From an uncultured bacterium (GTDB taxonomy: Bacteria; Chloroflexota; UBA5177; JANWHV01), in NCBI GenBank assembly GCA_963827235.1, contig CAWHAE010000016.1, positions 1,056,001 to 1,120,000 of the forward strand: a DNA stretch of 64,000 nucleotides, written 5' to 3'. Positions 9,885-20,774 of this stretch are shown here, piece after piece. Positions within the stretch are counted from its first letter, which is position 1. The number at the start of each line of letters is the position of its first letter. The notes under the pieces are model-generated. The model ran no database searches. It saw only the letters and a program-made list of their open reading frames with translations, and was not told the origin of the DNA. A program made the translations under genes and the position numbers.

Positions 9885-11075
9885 TCACCGGCGGTCGGAT
9901 TGAACACCTCGAGTTTGGTTGCCGGCGGCCAGCCCCTCATATGTCCGAAGGAAACGACGTGCCACGACCGGAAGCGACAAGTGCGCGACCACCTCCTGAC
10001 GCCTTCGCCGAGCGTGGTCGCCGTACAGGGGCTCCCACCGAAGTCGCCTCTCCAGCGCGTCGGCCAGCACGTCGGGCGAGCGTGAGGTCACGCATATGCC
10101 GACCGTGCGGTCGCTCAGTAGCTCACGGGCAATGCCGACCGGCGTGGACACGACAGGCACGCCGCAGGCAAGGGCCTCGACCACCGCCAGACATTGCGCC
10201 TCATGCCATGAGGCGATCGCCGCGACGTGGGCAGAGCCCAGGAGCTTCGCCACCTCTGCTTGCGATCGCACACCCACCAGATCGACGTGGCATTGCAGAC
10301 CACGCCGTGCTACGGCCGCGCGGGCTTCCGGTCCATCGGTGCGCTCACCCACCAGCTGCAGATCCGCGGAGACACCGCGCCGTACGAGCACACGCAAGCT
10401 ATCCAGAAGCAGGTCGTGCCCTTTCACCGGGGACCACGCAGCGACGCACACTATGCGTCCGCGATTACGCTCCGCGGGCTCGTCTTTCGCCGGAAATATC
10501 TGGGGGTCGTACCCGAGCGGTAGCATCTCGATGCGCTCGGTAAGCCAGGGATAACGAAAGAGCAGGCGCTCACGCAGATCCATGGATCCGACGCCGATGG
10601 TGGAGGAAGCGTGCAGGCTCAACGCAACTTGCATCTTTTCCAGGATGCGAAGACGACTGCCGTATCCGGCAGGGCGGGCCGCGGCAAGCTCGCCGCCGCA
10701 GCAACTCAACAGCACCGGCAGGCGCAACATCCGTCCTGCGGCAACGGCAAGCATGCCCGACTCGGTAGCCCAGAATCCGTGAATTACGGCGAACGGCGTT
10801 GCGCTGTGCACGGAGGTAATCGTCGCCAGCACACGGGCCCACCGGCGCGCACTTGCTACTCGATGCGAGACACCGGAATGCGACGAGAGTGCTTCTCCAA
10901 AGCTCTGTACCCGGGTGCCGCAGCTGCGGTAGCGCGCCGACCGGAGCGGATAGCGCACGGCGAAGACATGCAGATCGTGCTCACTGCCAATCGCACGGGC
11001 CAGACTGTTGAGCGCGGGGATGCCGGGCTCGCCGTCGCCACCCTGGAAGCCGGGAACGACCCAGGCGACACGCAT
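9885..11075 (-). CDS. Glycosyltransferase family 4
   Basis: Start 'MRVAWVVPG', 'SPVKG', ExxxxxxxE motif 'EAQCLAVVEALACG'. Starts 5 nt after the upstream gene's stop. Confidence 0.88.
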   Translation of the reverse strand: MRVAWVVPGFQGGDGEPGIPALNSLARAIGSEHDLHVFAVRYPLRSARYRSCGTRVQSFGEALSSHSGVSHRVASARRWARVLATITSVHSATPFAVIHGFWATESGMLAVAAGRMLRLPVLLSCCGGELAAARPAGYGSRLRILEKMQVALSLHASSTIGVGSMDLRERLLFRYPWLTERIEMLPLGYDPQIFPAKDEPAERNRGRIVCVAAWSPVKGHDLLLDSLRVLVRRGVSADLQLVGERTDGPEARAAVARRGLQCHVDLVGVRSQAEVAKLLGSAHVAAIASWHEAQCLAVVEALACGVPVVSTPVGIARELLSDRTVGICVTSRSPDVLADALERRLRWEPLYGDHARRRRQEVVAHLSLPVVARRFLRTYEGLAAGNQTRGVQSDRR

Positions 11076-11080
11076 CGATC

Positions 11081-12667
11081 TCACGCTTGCCAAACCGTAT
11101 AGGCGCCCACCTGCGCCACGGAACGCAGGTGTGCATGCGCCATCAGCCAGTCGAAAGCGGCGTCCGGCGGCAGTCCGGTCCATTGTGTGCCGAGGTTTTG
11201 CTCGTCGGCGACGACGACCAGCGGCCGCGTGCGCACGAGTCGACGCAAATCTCCGGGTGTCAGGGCAGAGAGATCGACCAGCGTCCAGCCATGTCCGCGC
11301 AGATCGCCGTAGTGGTACAGCGTGAGAGTCAGGCTGAAGGTCACCAATGTAGCACCGGGCGGGGCGTGTCCGGCGAGCCAGTGAACCGCGCTGAGATCGC
11401 CGGTCTTTCCGTCGGCCAGCGCCGCCAGCGGCCTGCGTATATCCACGGCCAAGATGCCGAGTCCGAGAATCGCCAGCACGAGCGCACCAGGCAGCGCCGG
11501 GCGCCATGCGGACAACAGGTAGCGGACCGTGGCGGCCAGTCCGACCGCCTCCAGTATGGCAAGCGGCGGTGCGTAGATCAGGGCAAACCGTGCACTCTCG
11601 AACGGCACGCCGGAGAGGTACAGCGCGGGCACGAGCCACCATGCCAGCAGCAAGAGCAGTAACGGGCCGGCGTTGGGTACGTACCCATGTGATCGCCGGG
11701 TCATCCGGATGCCTCCGGCCAGCGCCAGGATAGCTGCCGGCACGAAGGGAGCGAGCAGAAATGGCAGCGACTGCGGCGCCACCAGCGGCCGAAGCAGGTA
11801 AAACTCGCCCACGCTCATCGGGTAGTGCTGCAGGCCGTCCGCGGTGAAGAAGCGGGTTTGCCAGTAGTGCTGGATGCTCCAAGAGGTGAGCCACTGCTGG
11901 TGCACTACGGGATTGCTATAGCTCACTGTGGATAGCAGCAGCGGGACTGCTGCCACGGCAACGCCCAGCAGCGCGGCCACCGCCGGGCGAACGCCGGACC
12001 GGCCACGCTGTGCCAACCAGTACAGCGCGAACGCCACGCCCAACGGCGCATATTCAAGGCGCGTGGAGACGGCCAGGGCGAAGCAAGTGCCGGCCAGGAA
12101 GCTGATGCCCAGCCTGTGCTGCTGGGGCAATTCCACCCAGGGAGTTGTCCAGAGCCATGCCGCGCACATGGCCCAGAACAGGGCCGGTGCGTCGGCCATG
12201 ATCGTGCCGCTGGCCTGGACCTCCAGTCCGGCCAGGCCTATCAGGAGCGCCGCCAACGTGGCGATCACCGTCGACCACGTACCTTTGAATAGAGATTGGG
12301 CTACGCGAAACGCCAGCAGGTGTGTCAACGCCACCACTCCCAGGCCTGCCGCCACGCTTACAGCCAGAGCGGCATATGCGGACGAGGTGCCGGCTAGCGC
12401 GGTCGCCGCCGCCACAAGGACAGGCTCGCCCAAGGGCCAATAGAGGTGCAGCGGGCTGGGCAGCCACGGCCACGGGTAGCTAAGGCTATGGGCGCGCCAA
12501 AGCTCCACGCCGTGATAGTAGTAGGCGTAGGAATCCTGCCCGTACAGGCCGTCGAAATGCAGGCTCCAGAGTGCCCAGAGCCGGACGAGCAGCGCGAGTG
12601 CGATCACCGCCGCCAGGCACACCCGGTTCGCGGCAGGCCGCGATGCCAGATACTCGTCTTGCTTCAA
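11081..12667 (-). CDS. GT-C fold membrane glycosyltransferase (ArnT/PMT-like)
   Basis: About 11-13 TM helices; first-loop acidic motif 'DGLYGQDSYAY'; 'MADAP', 'ARFALI'; soluble C-terminal domain. Confidence 0.75.
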   Translation of the reverse strand: MKQDEYLASRPAANRVCLAAVIALALLVRLWALWSLHFDGLYGQDSYAYYYHGVELWRAHSLSYPWPWLPSPLHLYWPLGEPVLVAAATALAGTSSAYAALAVSVAAGLGVVALTHLLAFRVAQSLFKGTWSTVIATLAALLIGLAGLEVQASGTIMADAPALFWAMCAAWLWTTPWVELPQQHRLGISFLAGTCFALAVSTRLEYAPLGVAFALYWLAQRGRSGVRPAVAALLGVAVAAVPLLLSTVSYSNPVVHQQWLTSWSIQHYWQTRFFTADGLQHYPMSVGEFYLLRPLVAPQSLPFLLAPFVPAAILALAGGIRMTRRSHGYVPNAGPLLLLLLAWWLVPALYLSGVPFESARFALIYAPPLAILEAVGLAATVRYLLSAWRPALPGALVLAILGLGILAVDIRRPLAALADGKTGDLSAVHWLAGHAPPGATLVTFSLTLTLYHYGDLRGHGWTLVDLSALTPGDLRRLVRTRPLVVVADEQNLGTQWTGLPPDAAFDWLMAHAHLRSVAQVGAYTVWQA

Positions 12668-13107
12668 CGTGGATCCCCGATCGCTCGTGGGCTGTTCGCG
12701 GGCAGCGTGCGACGGCTCCTAACCGCTCCTCTATCTCGACGGGACACTTTCGGAACCACCTTCAAGTACGTACGCGGTCGGTTACAGAACTGCCGACCAC
12801 CAGGCCCGAAGCAGGGGCGGCAATCGGCACGATTCTCCTGCTGCGGGCGAAGCCATCTGTCGGCATGCATAGGTGGCCGGGATGGATCGCAGCCGTGGCC
12901 GCCGTTTCGGCGATCGGAGCGCTCCTGATCACACCGCGCACTCGCTGACCGCAGCAGACTTCGATCCGACGAGCCCTCTGGAGCAACAATCCGGTGGCGC
13001 CCAAGTGACCGAGCTGGGAGAAGCGTGGCAGCTCTTTGTCGCGCACTCACTCCTGGGCGTTGGGGCGAGCTGCTACCTGCCCGCTCTCTCACCAACGTTG
13101 CCGGCAG

Positions 13108-15126
13108 CTATCGCACGCGGAGGCGCGACTCTGGTTCGACTCGCCTGTCTGGGGGAGAGGGTACCGCGATCGCACCTCGAGAGACCATGCCGGATCGCCG
13201 TCTCTCGTCGATCGTCAGCTCGGCGGCCGATGTCGTTGCGAGGCCGCAAAGCAGCCAGAATGCGAGGCTCACGGCATGGGAATCGAGAAAATCATCGACC
13301 AGTCCGTGCCCAAGGAAAGCGGCGAACGCAGCGACCAGTCCAACATGCCAGGCGCTCGGTGCGACATCCATTCGAAACCAGCCCGCGGCGATCAGTGGCC
13401 ACCACACGGTGCCGAGGAATGCAAAGTAGATCCCGGCTCCGAGCACGCCCAGGTCCGCAAGTATTTCCAGGTACAGCTCGTTGGCCAGTATCCGCGTGTC
13501 CCAGTTTGCCAGCGGCGGTCTCATGTACATCCCGTACTGCAGGCGATAGTTGTCCGGGCCGACCCCCAGAAGCGGATGCGCCCGGATCATGGACCATGCT
13601 GCTTTCCAAAGATTCAGGCGACTGGGCTCGCTGATGACGCGTGGCAATGCGGCTGGGCCTGCCGCCGAGGTGATCTGCGTGCGCTCAGGTGCCGCATTGC
13701 ACGACGCCTTGGCGGCTGAGCTTCCGAGCACCAAGACCGGATTGCCGACGTAGGAGGCGCTCTTGAGGCTGAACCACGTCACGTTCTCCTGAACCATGTC
13801 CCAGACCAGCGCGTAGCGCCCGGGCTGGGGCGGAGCCTGAATCCGCGCTTGAACGCGCACGGTGCTGCCTGGCTGCACCGGGTCTGGCAAGGACGTACGT
13901 GGATTTTCGAACTGGGCAACCTTACCCGTGGCGTAGAGCCAGTGGTAGCCGAGGTTGTAGACGTTCTTGCCGGACGCCTGCCAGACGAACGGACTCTTGT
14001 TGACAATCACCACCGGAAGTGCGAGCCGCTGGCAAACCTGAAGAGCAGACGGCAGGCGACTGCTATAGGTCGCTAGATACCACTGTTGATCGCTTGGACT
14101 CGTCAGGCGGAGCAGCGCGAGTGGCGTCGCGATGAGCGTGATGCAGCAGGCACTCGTGAACAGCACGACGAGGGCGGTGAGCATGCGCACCTGCAGCGGT
14201 CTGGTCGAGAAACGCTCGCGAGAGCGGTACGATAGCGCCGCGGCGACCGCTGCTGACGAAGCGACGCCGAGCAAGGCACCGCGACTGAAGGTAAGCAGGA
14301 TGCCCTCAAAAAGCAGCACGGCGGCCACAAGCCAGCCAAGCACACTTGCCCACTGTGGTCGCTGCCTTCCCGCGGCAATGACGAGCCCGGCAATTGCAAG
14401 GGGAAGAGCGAGCTCAAAATACATTGCGGCGATGTTGGCATACTCGAACGTGCCGCTGAGCCTGAGGAATGATCCTGCCAGTGTTGGCTTCGCCTTGAAG
14501 CCGCTCAGGCTTCCCGCGTACCCCGCTCCCAGCGCGAACTCAAGAATACCGATACCTGCCGCTACAGTGGCGCCGGCCACGATCGCTTGCGGGATGAGGC
14601 TGATCTTGCGACGTGCTGATGCTAGCCACAGTGGCATGACCAACCAGAGCAAAGCACCGACGACGCTGTCGAGCGTCCATTTCAGGCTGTTGTCGCGCCC
14701 GGCCGGAGTCGACGCTCCGATGCTAGAGAGCAGCGAGCAGATGAGCAGGGCTGCGAGCAACCCGAGTGGGAGGCGTACCGCCCTGAATGAGCGCCGGATC
14801 GCGATCCTCCGCGCGGGTTCCAGTCCGAACCGGATCAGCGTCGCGACGCCGATCCCCGTGACCACATACAGCACGAGCTTGAGGTTGGTAAGCGTCACGA
14901 GGCGCGTATGGATAAGAGGGCGTTGCGTCAGCTCGAATGGCAGCGCGGCCGCCAGCACGACAAGACCAAGGCAGCCATAGCGCTCCAGAGGGGCCGTAGC
15001 CACGTACTTTCGCCGCACTTCTTGCCTCGCGATCGACTCGGTGCGAGCGGTGCCAGCGCTGGCCGCCGCAGATCGATGTCGCGCCTCCCGAGGCCTGGCC
15101 ACTCGAGAGCCGCGATTCACCGTCAC
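13108..15126 (-). CDS. O-antigen ligase/Wzy_C family protein with inserted Ig-like domain
   Basis: AAGGAG RBS; 'RLSGTFEYAN', 'LTFSRGA', 'RLNLWKAAW...HPLLGVGPDNY', 'HGLVD'. Confidence 0.85.
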   Translation of the reverse strand: MTVNRGSRVARPREARHRSAAASAGTARTESIARQEVRRKYVATAPLERYGCLGLVVLAAALPFELTQRPLIHTRLVTLTNLKLVLYVVTGIGVATLIRFGLEPARRIAIRRSFRAVRLPLGLLAALLICSLLSSIGASTPAGRDNSLKWTLDSVVGALLWLVMPLWLASARRKISLIPQAIVAGATVAAGIGILEFALGAGYAGSLSGFKAKPTLAGSFLRLSGTFEYANIAAMYFELALPLAIAGLVIAAGRQRPQWASVLGWLVAAVLLFEGILLTFSRGALLGVASSAAVAAALSYRSRERFSTRPLQVRMLTALVVLFTSACCITLIATPLALLRLTSPSDQQWYLATYSSRLPSALQVCQRLALPVVIVNKSPFVWQASGKNVYNLGYHWLYATGKVAQFENPRTSLPDPVQPGSTVRVQARIQAPPQPGRYALVWDMVQENVTWFSLKSASYVGNPVLVLGSSAAKASCNAAPERTQITSAAGPAALPRVISEPSRLNLWKAAWSMIRAHPLLGVGPDNYRLQYGMYMRPPLANWDTRILANELYLEILADLGVLGAGIYFAFLGTVWWPLIAAGWFRMDVAPSAWHVGLVAAFAAFLGHGLVDDFLDSHAVSLAFWLLCGLATTSAAELTIDERRRSGMVSRGAIAVPSPPDRRVEPESRLRVR

Positions 15127-15545
15127 TCCTTATCAGTCACCTCTGAGACCCCGGCGGCCGCGTTTTGCTCTGGAGAGTACAGCTCTGCGAAGTGCAGTCC
15201 CGCCACCTGATAAATACGTGGGCGGTTACAGAGCGGGCCCACGGCAGCATTGTCACGCGAAGAGCTACTCGCCGCATGTGACTGGACCTTGTGGGTGATG
15301 GCGGCAGAACCCGCTTCTCACCTATACTCCCGGTGAGTCGTGGGCCCGCCGGCCATCCGGGTGTTTGCCACGGATGACACTCACGGTCGTTGCTCGAGCG
15401 AGCAACAACCCGGCGTTGGAAGACTGCTTCACCCCAGCATGACGCAGTCGATCGAAAAAGGTAACCCCGTCGCGAGGCGGGCACACAGAGCCAGGGGACT
15501 CGGCGTGCCGAGTTATCCCAGCCGCCGAAACGAGGGTTCCGCGCC

Positions 15546-17165
15546 GTGAGGCCTGTTCAGCAGGCTCAGTCTACTTGGAGTCAGATCCGCGCGGTGGCCG
15601 TTATCATGCTCGTGCTGCTGGCATGCGCCACCTCTCTTGTTCGTTATCCTCCGGCTGCCCAGGGCGCGCGAGGCTACCGTGCCGGTTCTCCGGCCGCCAA
15701 GAATGAGTTCCAGGCTGTCGCACAGCGTGGCGACCGCGAGATGGCGCTCGGCACCGGCGGCAGCTCCGCGCTACGCGCCGTTGCCACCAGATCTATGCTG
15801 GCCGGCATCAAGATGCTCAACTATTATCCGGAGCAATACAACTGGTCCAACATGTGGACGCACTGGTCACCGTCGACCATAGACAGCGACTTTGCACGCA
15901 TCGCGGCACTTCACGCCAACGCCGTGCGCGTCATCCTGCAGGCCTGGACTATCGGCTACCCGAGCCCACAACCGATCATGCTCAGCCGGCTTGCCCAGAT
16001 GATCGATCTCGCGGCCAAGCATGGACTGCGCGTGCAGCTCACGCTGTTCGATTGGTGGGACCGTTACGCCGATCTTTTCGGCAGCAGGGAGTGGCTGTCC
16101 GACGTGCTGGCCCCGTACGCAACCGACCCCCGCATCGCCTTTGTCGAACTGCAAAACGAAGTCGACCCAGCGGATCCGGCATTCGTGGGCTGGGCGCGGC
16201 AGATGATCCCGTACGTACATACCGTCTTCCCTGCCATTCCGGTCACGATCTCCGTCTACGGCGTGGCCACGCTTCAACGCTTGTTGGCTGCACTGCAATC
16301 CTCGCCGCTGGATTTCGCCGACTTGCACTACTACGGCGCGGCCTGGTGTGCTGGCACGACGTTGCGTCAGGCTGCAGTAACCGCTGCGCCTCTGCCCATG
16401 TTCGTTGGCGAGACGGGATTCTCCACGTCGCCAGACAGGCCGGAGGTGGCCGGATTGCCCGATACACCACCGGACCTGGAAGCGTTTCAAGACTACTACT
16501 TTCGATCGGTAGCCTACGCTGCCCGTTCCCTTGGACTACCGGAGCCGGCCGTCTGGACTCTGCACGATTTTGCGCCGGGGTCCCTGACGTGGACTCCCGC
16601 GAGCAGCCCTGAATACGGCTACGGCATCGTCCGCACAGACGGGTCCACGAAGCCTGTGGCATCGTCGGTGGCCTCGGCGTATGGTGCCGGCGTGATCGAC
16701 GCGTCCTTCGACAACGGCTTCGAGCTCTGTACCGCCGGCGCCGAGCCGCCGCTGTGGAGATACGCCAATTCCACGACCCAGGAGTTTTCCTGCGACCTCA
16801 CCGTGGCTCATACAGGCAAGGCCTCACTGCGCTTTTCGCCTTCAACCGGCGCGGGCGTGAATGCTCCCTACCTGTACGTCTGTCCGGTCTGGTGGCCCGG
16901 AGCCCCAGGCCAGACCTACGTGGTGACCGCCTGGGCCATGAGGGTGAGTGCCGCAGGAAGGCCGGAATTGGCCCTGCAATGGTTCGATGCCGCTGGAATG
17001 CACCTCGGCCCGCGTGCATCGGCAACGCTGGCGTCCGGTACGGCAACGTGGTCACAGCTGCGCGTCCAGACCACGGCTCCAGCTGGTGCCGCCTACGCAC
17101 AGATCTCTCTCCGGTCAACGGGTCCTGGGGCAACCTGGTTTGACGATGTAGCGTTCGAGTCGTGA
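15546..17165 (+). CDS. Secreted GH5-like glycoside hydrolase with C-terminal CBM4/9-like domain
   Basis: Signal peptide; 'NYYP', 'ELQNE', 'DLHYY', 'VGETG'; CBM 'DNGFE...AHTGKASL...WFDDV'. Confidence 0.85.
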   Translation: MRPVQQAQSTWSQIRAVAVIMLVLLACATSLVRYPPAAQGARGYRAGSPAAKNEFQAVAQRGDREMALGTGGSSALRAVATRSMLAGIKMLNYYPEQYNWSNMWTHWSPSTIDSDFARIAALHANAVRVILQAWTIGYPSPQPIMLSRLAQMIDLAAKHGLRVQLTLFDWWDRYADLFGSREWLSDVLAPYATDPRIAFVELQNEVDPADPAFVGWARQMIPYVHTVFPAIPVTISVYGVATLQRLLAALQSSPLDFADLHYYGAAWCAGTTLRQAAVTAAPLPMFVGETGFSTSPDRPEVAGLPDTPPDLEAFQDYYFRSVAYAARSLGLPEPAVWTLHDFAPGSLTWTPASSPEYGYGIVRTDGSTKPVASSVASAYGAGVIDASFDNGFELCTAGAEPPLWRYANSTTQEFSCDLTVAHTGKASLRFSPSTGAGVNAPYLYVCPVWWPGAPGQTYVVTAWAMRVSAAGRPELALQWFDAAGMHLGPRASATLASGTATWSQLRVQTTAPAGAAYAQISLRSTGPGATWFDDVAFES

Positions 17166-17223
17166 CGAGGCCGCTTTCTCTCGTCATGGCATGGGCGGCA
17201 ACTCATGCTTAGTCTTGAGCCGA

Positions 17224-18852
17224 TCACGTGCCGCTTGCGCCGCGGGTTGGGTCTCGCAGCGGCGTGGCACGCGGCGCCGCATGGCAGCTGTCCGCAGGCA
17301 GGCCGCGGGGCACTGTTGTGAAGACTGCCAGGGAGATGATCCAGAGCGTTGCAACCGGTTGATTCACCCAGATGTAGAAGTCGAAGAGTCCGGCCACGGC
17401 GACGACAACCAGGCTGGCACCGGCCAGCGCGCGCCAGGGCTCCAGGCCCGTGTGCCCATCATCCGCGCCGCTAGATAGCTCGCTTGGCGGGATGTGCAGC
17501 AATATGCGACGTGGCACGGCCTGCCGGCCCGTGCGGCCTCTCACTGGGGCGACAGAGTTGCGTTTGCGCTCCTGGAGGCCGAGATCCAGCAAGGGGGCCA
17601 GCATCAGCGACAGCCAGCTGAGACTGCCAAGCGGTCCCAGCTCGGTTTGGGCGAGCAGGTACGTGTCGTGCACCGGAAGGAGGCCGAGCTTAGCGGGCGC
17701 TACCAAGTGCAGGAAGCGTTCTTCCGCAAGCACGAAGTTATTGCCGCCGACGCCGGTGAGCGGTCGCAGAGCAATGACCTGCATGGACCGATCTGCCAAG
17801 TCGAGGCGCTGCTGAATGGAAACCCGCTCCAGGATATTGCTGGCCGGTTGCAGACGCACACCCACGGCGTCCCTGTTCACGAAGAGCAGCAGGATGAGCA
17901 CAAGGCAGCTGCTCAGGACGATCGCCTGCCCTCGCCGCGTGTACCTTGCACGGTCGTTGCGCTCGCGATTGCAGGATCTCACAGCTACGAGATACCCGGT
18001 AGCGACAAGCAAACCCAGCCATGCGGAGCGCGAGTAGCTCACGACGATGGCCGCAAGCATCAAGGCCAGACACAGCAGCAGGAATGCCTCAGAGAGCGCA
18101 TGAGCGGCGCGGCGCTGCCCCTGGCGGGTACGGCGGTCGTTTGTGTCGGCGTGCAGGAAGAGACCGATGACCAACGGGAGAGCGGCGGCCGTCAGGCCAC
18201 CGAGCACATTTGGATGTGGTAGCACGCCATAGGCTCGCAAGAGTGCCCTGCCATGCACCTGCACGACGGCGGTTCCCAGAGTCGTACGAAGCATGCGCGG
18301 CTCCCCCAGCCAGGTCAAGCCGAGCGGATTCTGATGCACTGCCTGTGCAACAGCCAGGAGGCTGTTCAGCGCAAGCCCCGGCGCGAGCACCCATGCGACA
18401 GTCCCCGCTGTGATCAACCCCGCGACGAGCGTACGCCGAAGGCAAATGTAGAGCAGGGCCAGCCCGGCCGAGCGCACAGCAAAGTGCACTGCCGCGACCT
18501 GGCTCGTCGCTCCGAAGACGGCAAGGACGCTCGCCAGGACGAAGAGCAGCAAGGCCCCGGATGTCCAGTGTGCCACGCCGTGGACATGATCTCGGCGGCA
18601 GAGCACGGTCGTAGCCCAGCCGAGGAGCATACCCACGAACAGCAGGTCGGCGAGGTCAAAGCCCGTGTTGAGGAGTCCGTTTCGTGGCGCGGCGATGTCG
18701 AGACGCGAGAATGGCCAGTGAGGTCCCCACGGTAACGTGACCAGCAGCAGCTTACAGCAGACGTGCGCAAGCTGCGGACCGAGCCTGGCGGCTTGCGCGC
18801 TAATGCGCGTGGCGATGCCGGTACCGGCTGCTACGGACGATCGTGTGGTCAC
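17224..18852 (-). CDS. O-antigen ligase family protein
   Basis: AGGAG RBS before GTG 18852; 'RAYGVLPHPNVLGG', 'SYSRSAW', 'PLTGVGGNNF', 'PVHDTYL...ELG', 'GLFDFY'. Confidence 0.85.
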   Translation of the reverse strand: MTTRSSVAAGTGIATRISAQAARLGPQLAHVCCKLLLVTLPWGPHWPFSRLDIAAPRNGLLNTGFDLADLLFVGMLLGWATTVLCRRDHVHGVAHWTSGALLLFVLASVLAVFGATSQVAAVHFAVRSAGLALLYICLRRTLVAGLITAGTVAWVLAPGLALNSLLAVAQAVHQNPLGLTWLGEPRMLRTTLGTAVVQVHGRALLRAYGVLPHPNVLGGLTAAALPLVIGLFLHADTNDRRTRQGQRRAAHALSEAFLLLCLALMLAAIVVSYSRSAWLGLLVATGYLVAVRSCNRERNDRARYTRRGQAIVLSSCLVLILLLFVNRDAVGVRLQPASNILERVSIQQRLDLADRSMQVIALRPLTGVGGNNFVLAEERFLHLVAPAKLGLLPVHDTYLLAQTELGPLGSLSWLSLMLAPLLDLGLQERKRNSVAPVRGRTGRQAVPRRILLHIPPSELSSGADDGHTGLEPWRALAGASLVVVAVAGLFDFYIWVNQPVATLWIISLAVFTTVPRGLPADSCHAAPRATPLRDPTRGASGT

Positions 18853-19078
18853 TGATGGCTCCTGCCCCCACGCCCCCGGCACGTCTCTTGCATGTATGTA
18901 CGGGGACGATTACACCGCGTTTCGGCCGGCGCGCTGCCATGTCGTAACCTAGCGCGTATGTACACGCAGCAGGATCTACTGGCGCACGCCGGATGCTGGT
19001 CTCGGCGCAGGGCCTCGCAGCGGCGCCGTCCAGCAAGCAGAAGCACTGAAGGCAGGACAACCGGTGGAAGGGAAGCCC

Positions 19079-20344
19079 ATGGTGCTGATCGGGATCGACG
19101 TATCATCGGCGCTTGCCGGCCCGCGCAGTGGTGTCGGCAACTACACGATGAATCTGGTGCGCCAGCTGCAGCAGCAGGAAGAGGTCGGAAACGCGTGTTT
19201 CATGTACTTCTCCAACCGGGATGGCCAGCTGTTTGTCGAGCGGTCAGGCGCACTTGGGGCGGCAACGACCTACCCATATGACCGGCTTCGCTGGCACCTC
19301 GTGTGGATGACGGCAGGTCTACCGCGCAGTGTCGCCCGTACACGACCGGATATGCTCCATTTTCCTAATCATCTTGCACCAATTACCGGTCTGGGCACCA
19401 CGCCGTACGTTCTCACCGTTCACGACATGTCGGTCTATCGCTGCCCGCAGTACCACACCCGGAAGACGGTGGCCGTACATCGGGCGGTCATGCCTCTAGC
19501 CGCACGCCATGCACGGGCCATCGTGACCGTGAGTGACACGGCACGCCAGGACATACTGCAGTACTTGAACGTGCCGCCCGAGCGGGTGCGTGTGGTGCAT
19601 GAGGGCGTCGGCCCACAGTTCAGGCCGCTAGCCACGCCGCGTGAGCCGCATCCCGACGAACTGCGGCGGCGCTATGCACTGCCGGAGCTGTACATCCTGA
19701 CGGTAAGTACCATCGAGCCGCGCAAGAATCATGGTCGTCTTCTGGAGGCGTTCCGCTGGCTCACGCAGCAGGAGCACATTCCGCATCACTTGCTTATCGC
19801 CGGTGCCCACGGCTGGAAGGACACCGGACTTCGTCAGTGGGTCCGGCGTCATGGGCTCGCCGATCGCGTGCGATTCCTCGGCTACGTGCCCGAGTGCGAT
19901 CTGCCGGGTCTGTATCGCGCGGCCGACATCTTCGCTTATCCATCGCTGTACGAGGGTTTCGGCTTACCGGTTCTGGAGGCAATGGCATCCGGCATACCCT
20001 GCGTGATCTCTACCGATCCTGCTCTCTGCGAAGTTGCCGGCAAGAGCAACGTCGTTGCTGTCAATCCATACTCGGCGTCCGACATCGCTGCCGGGCTCTT
20101 CGCGGTTCTGCACAACCCTGATCTGGCTGCTGAGCTGCGGCACCGGGGTCTCGTCCGTGCCGGCACGTTCACGTGGGGAGCCTGCGCTGAGCAGACCTAT
20201 CAACTGTACTGTGACGTCACCGACGCCGCAGCGTCGCCGGTGGCCACGCGTGACAAGCGGTCCGGCACGAGACAACCGTGGCTGACGTACCAGGGCGGCC
20301 TCAACCCGCGGAGCAGACTTCGGTCGTCCCGCTACCCTACGTAG
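19079..20344 (+). CDS. Glycosyltransferase family 4 (mannosyltransferase-like)
   Basis: 'TVHD', 'EPRKN', 'YPSLYEGFGLPVLEAMASG'. Confidence 0.92.
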   Translation: MVLIGIDVSSALAGPRSGVGNYTMNLVRQLQQQEEVGNACFMYFSNRDGQLFVERSGALGAATTYPYDRLRWHLVWMTAGLPRSVARTRPDMLHFPNHLAPITGLGTTPYVLTVHDMSVYRCPQYHTRKTVAVHRAVMPLAARHARAIVTVSDTARQDILQYLNVPPERVRVVHEGVGPQFRPLATPREPHPDELRRRYALPELYILTVSTIEPRKNHGRLLEAFRWLTQQEHIPHHLLIAGAHGWKDTGLRQWVRRHGLADRVRFLGYVPECDLPGLYRAADIFAYPSLYEGFGLPVLEAMASGIPCVISTDPALCEVAGKSNVVAVNPYSASDIAAGLFAVLHNPDLAAELRHRGLVRAGTFTWGACAEQTYQLYCDVTDAAASPVATRDKRSGTRQPWLTYQGGLNPRSRLRSSRYPT

Positions 20345-20774
20345 CCGGCGACTGTCGCTCTCGACAGTGCCGCGGCGGGCGAGCATGACGCCACGTTTTC
20401 GATGCGACTGGATGGCGCCGAGCTCGCCGCTAAGTGAACACGATTTCCTTGTGAATGCCCTGCAGATACTCATGCGACGCGGCTGGTGGGTGCGACTGGA
20501 TATCGCCGGTCGGCGAAAATCCCTACCCGCGAAGGTCAATCGGAGGTGGCTCGCTCGACTCTTCGCCAGGACTGCCGCCGTACGTTGCGCCCAGACCTGT
20601 AACCCGGCTCGTATGACTTACCGAATAGCTGCCGAGCAAGACTCTGAGCTTATGGCAAGTCCGTTAGGGCAGTATCCGCGAGTCATCGTGCCGATGCAGA
20701 GAGACACAAGACCGCACACCGTTACCGACCGGGCTAGATGGCGTTTCAGTGCCTAGATTGCAGGGTTGGCACCG

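Noticed and set aside
20367-20756. 129-aa ORF or riboswitch in the gap before the NTase
   Set aside because: No RBS, family motif or recognisable cobalamin/c-di-GMP riboswitch core by eye; an Rfam scan would be needed.
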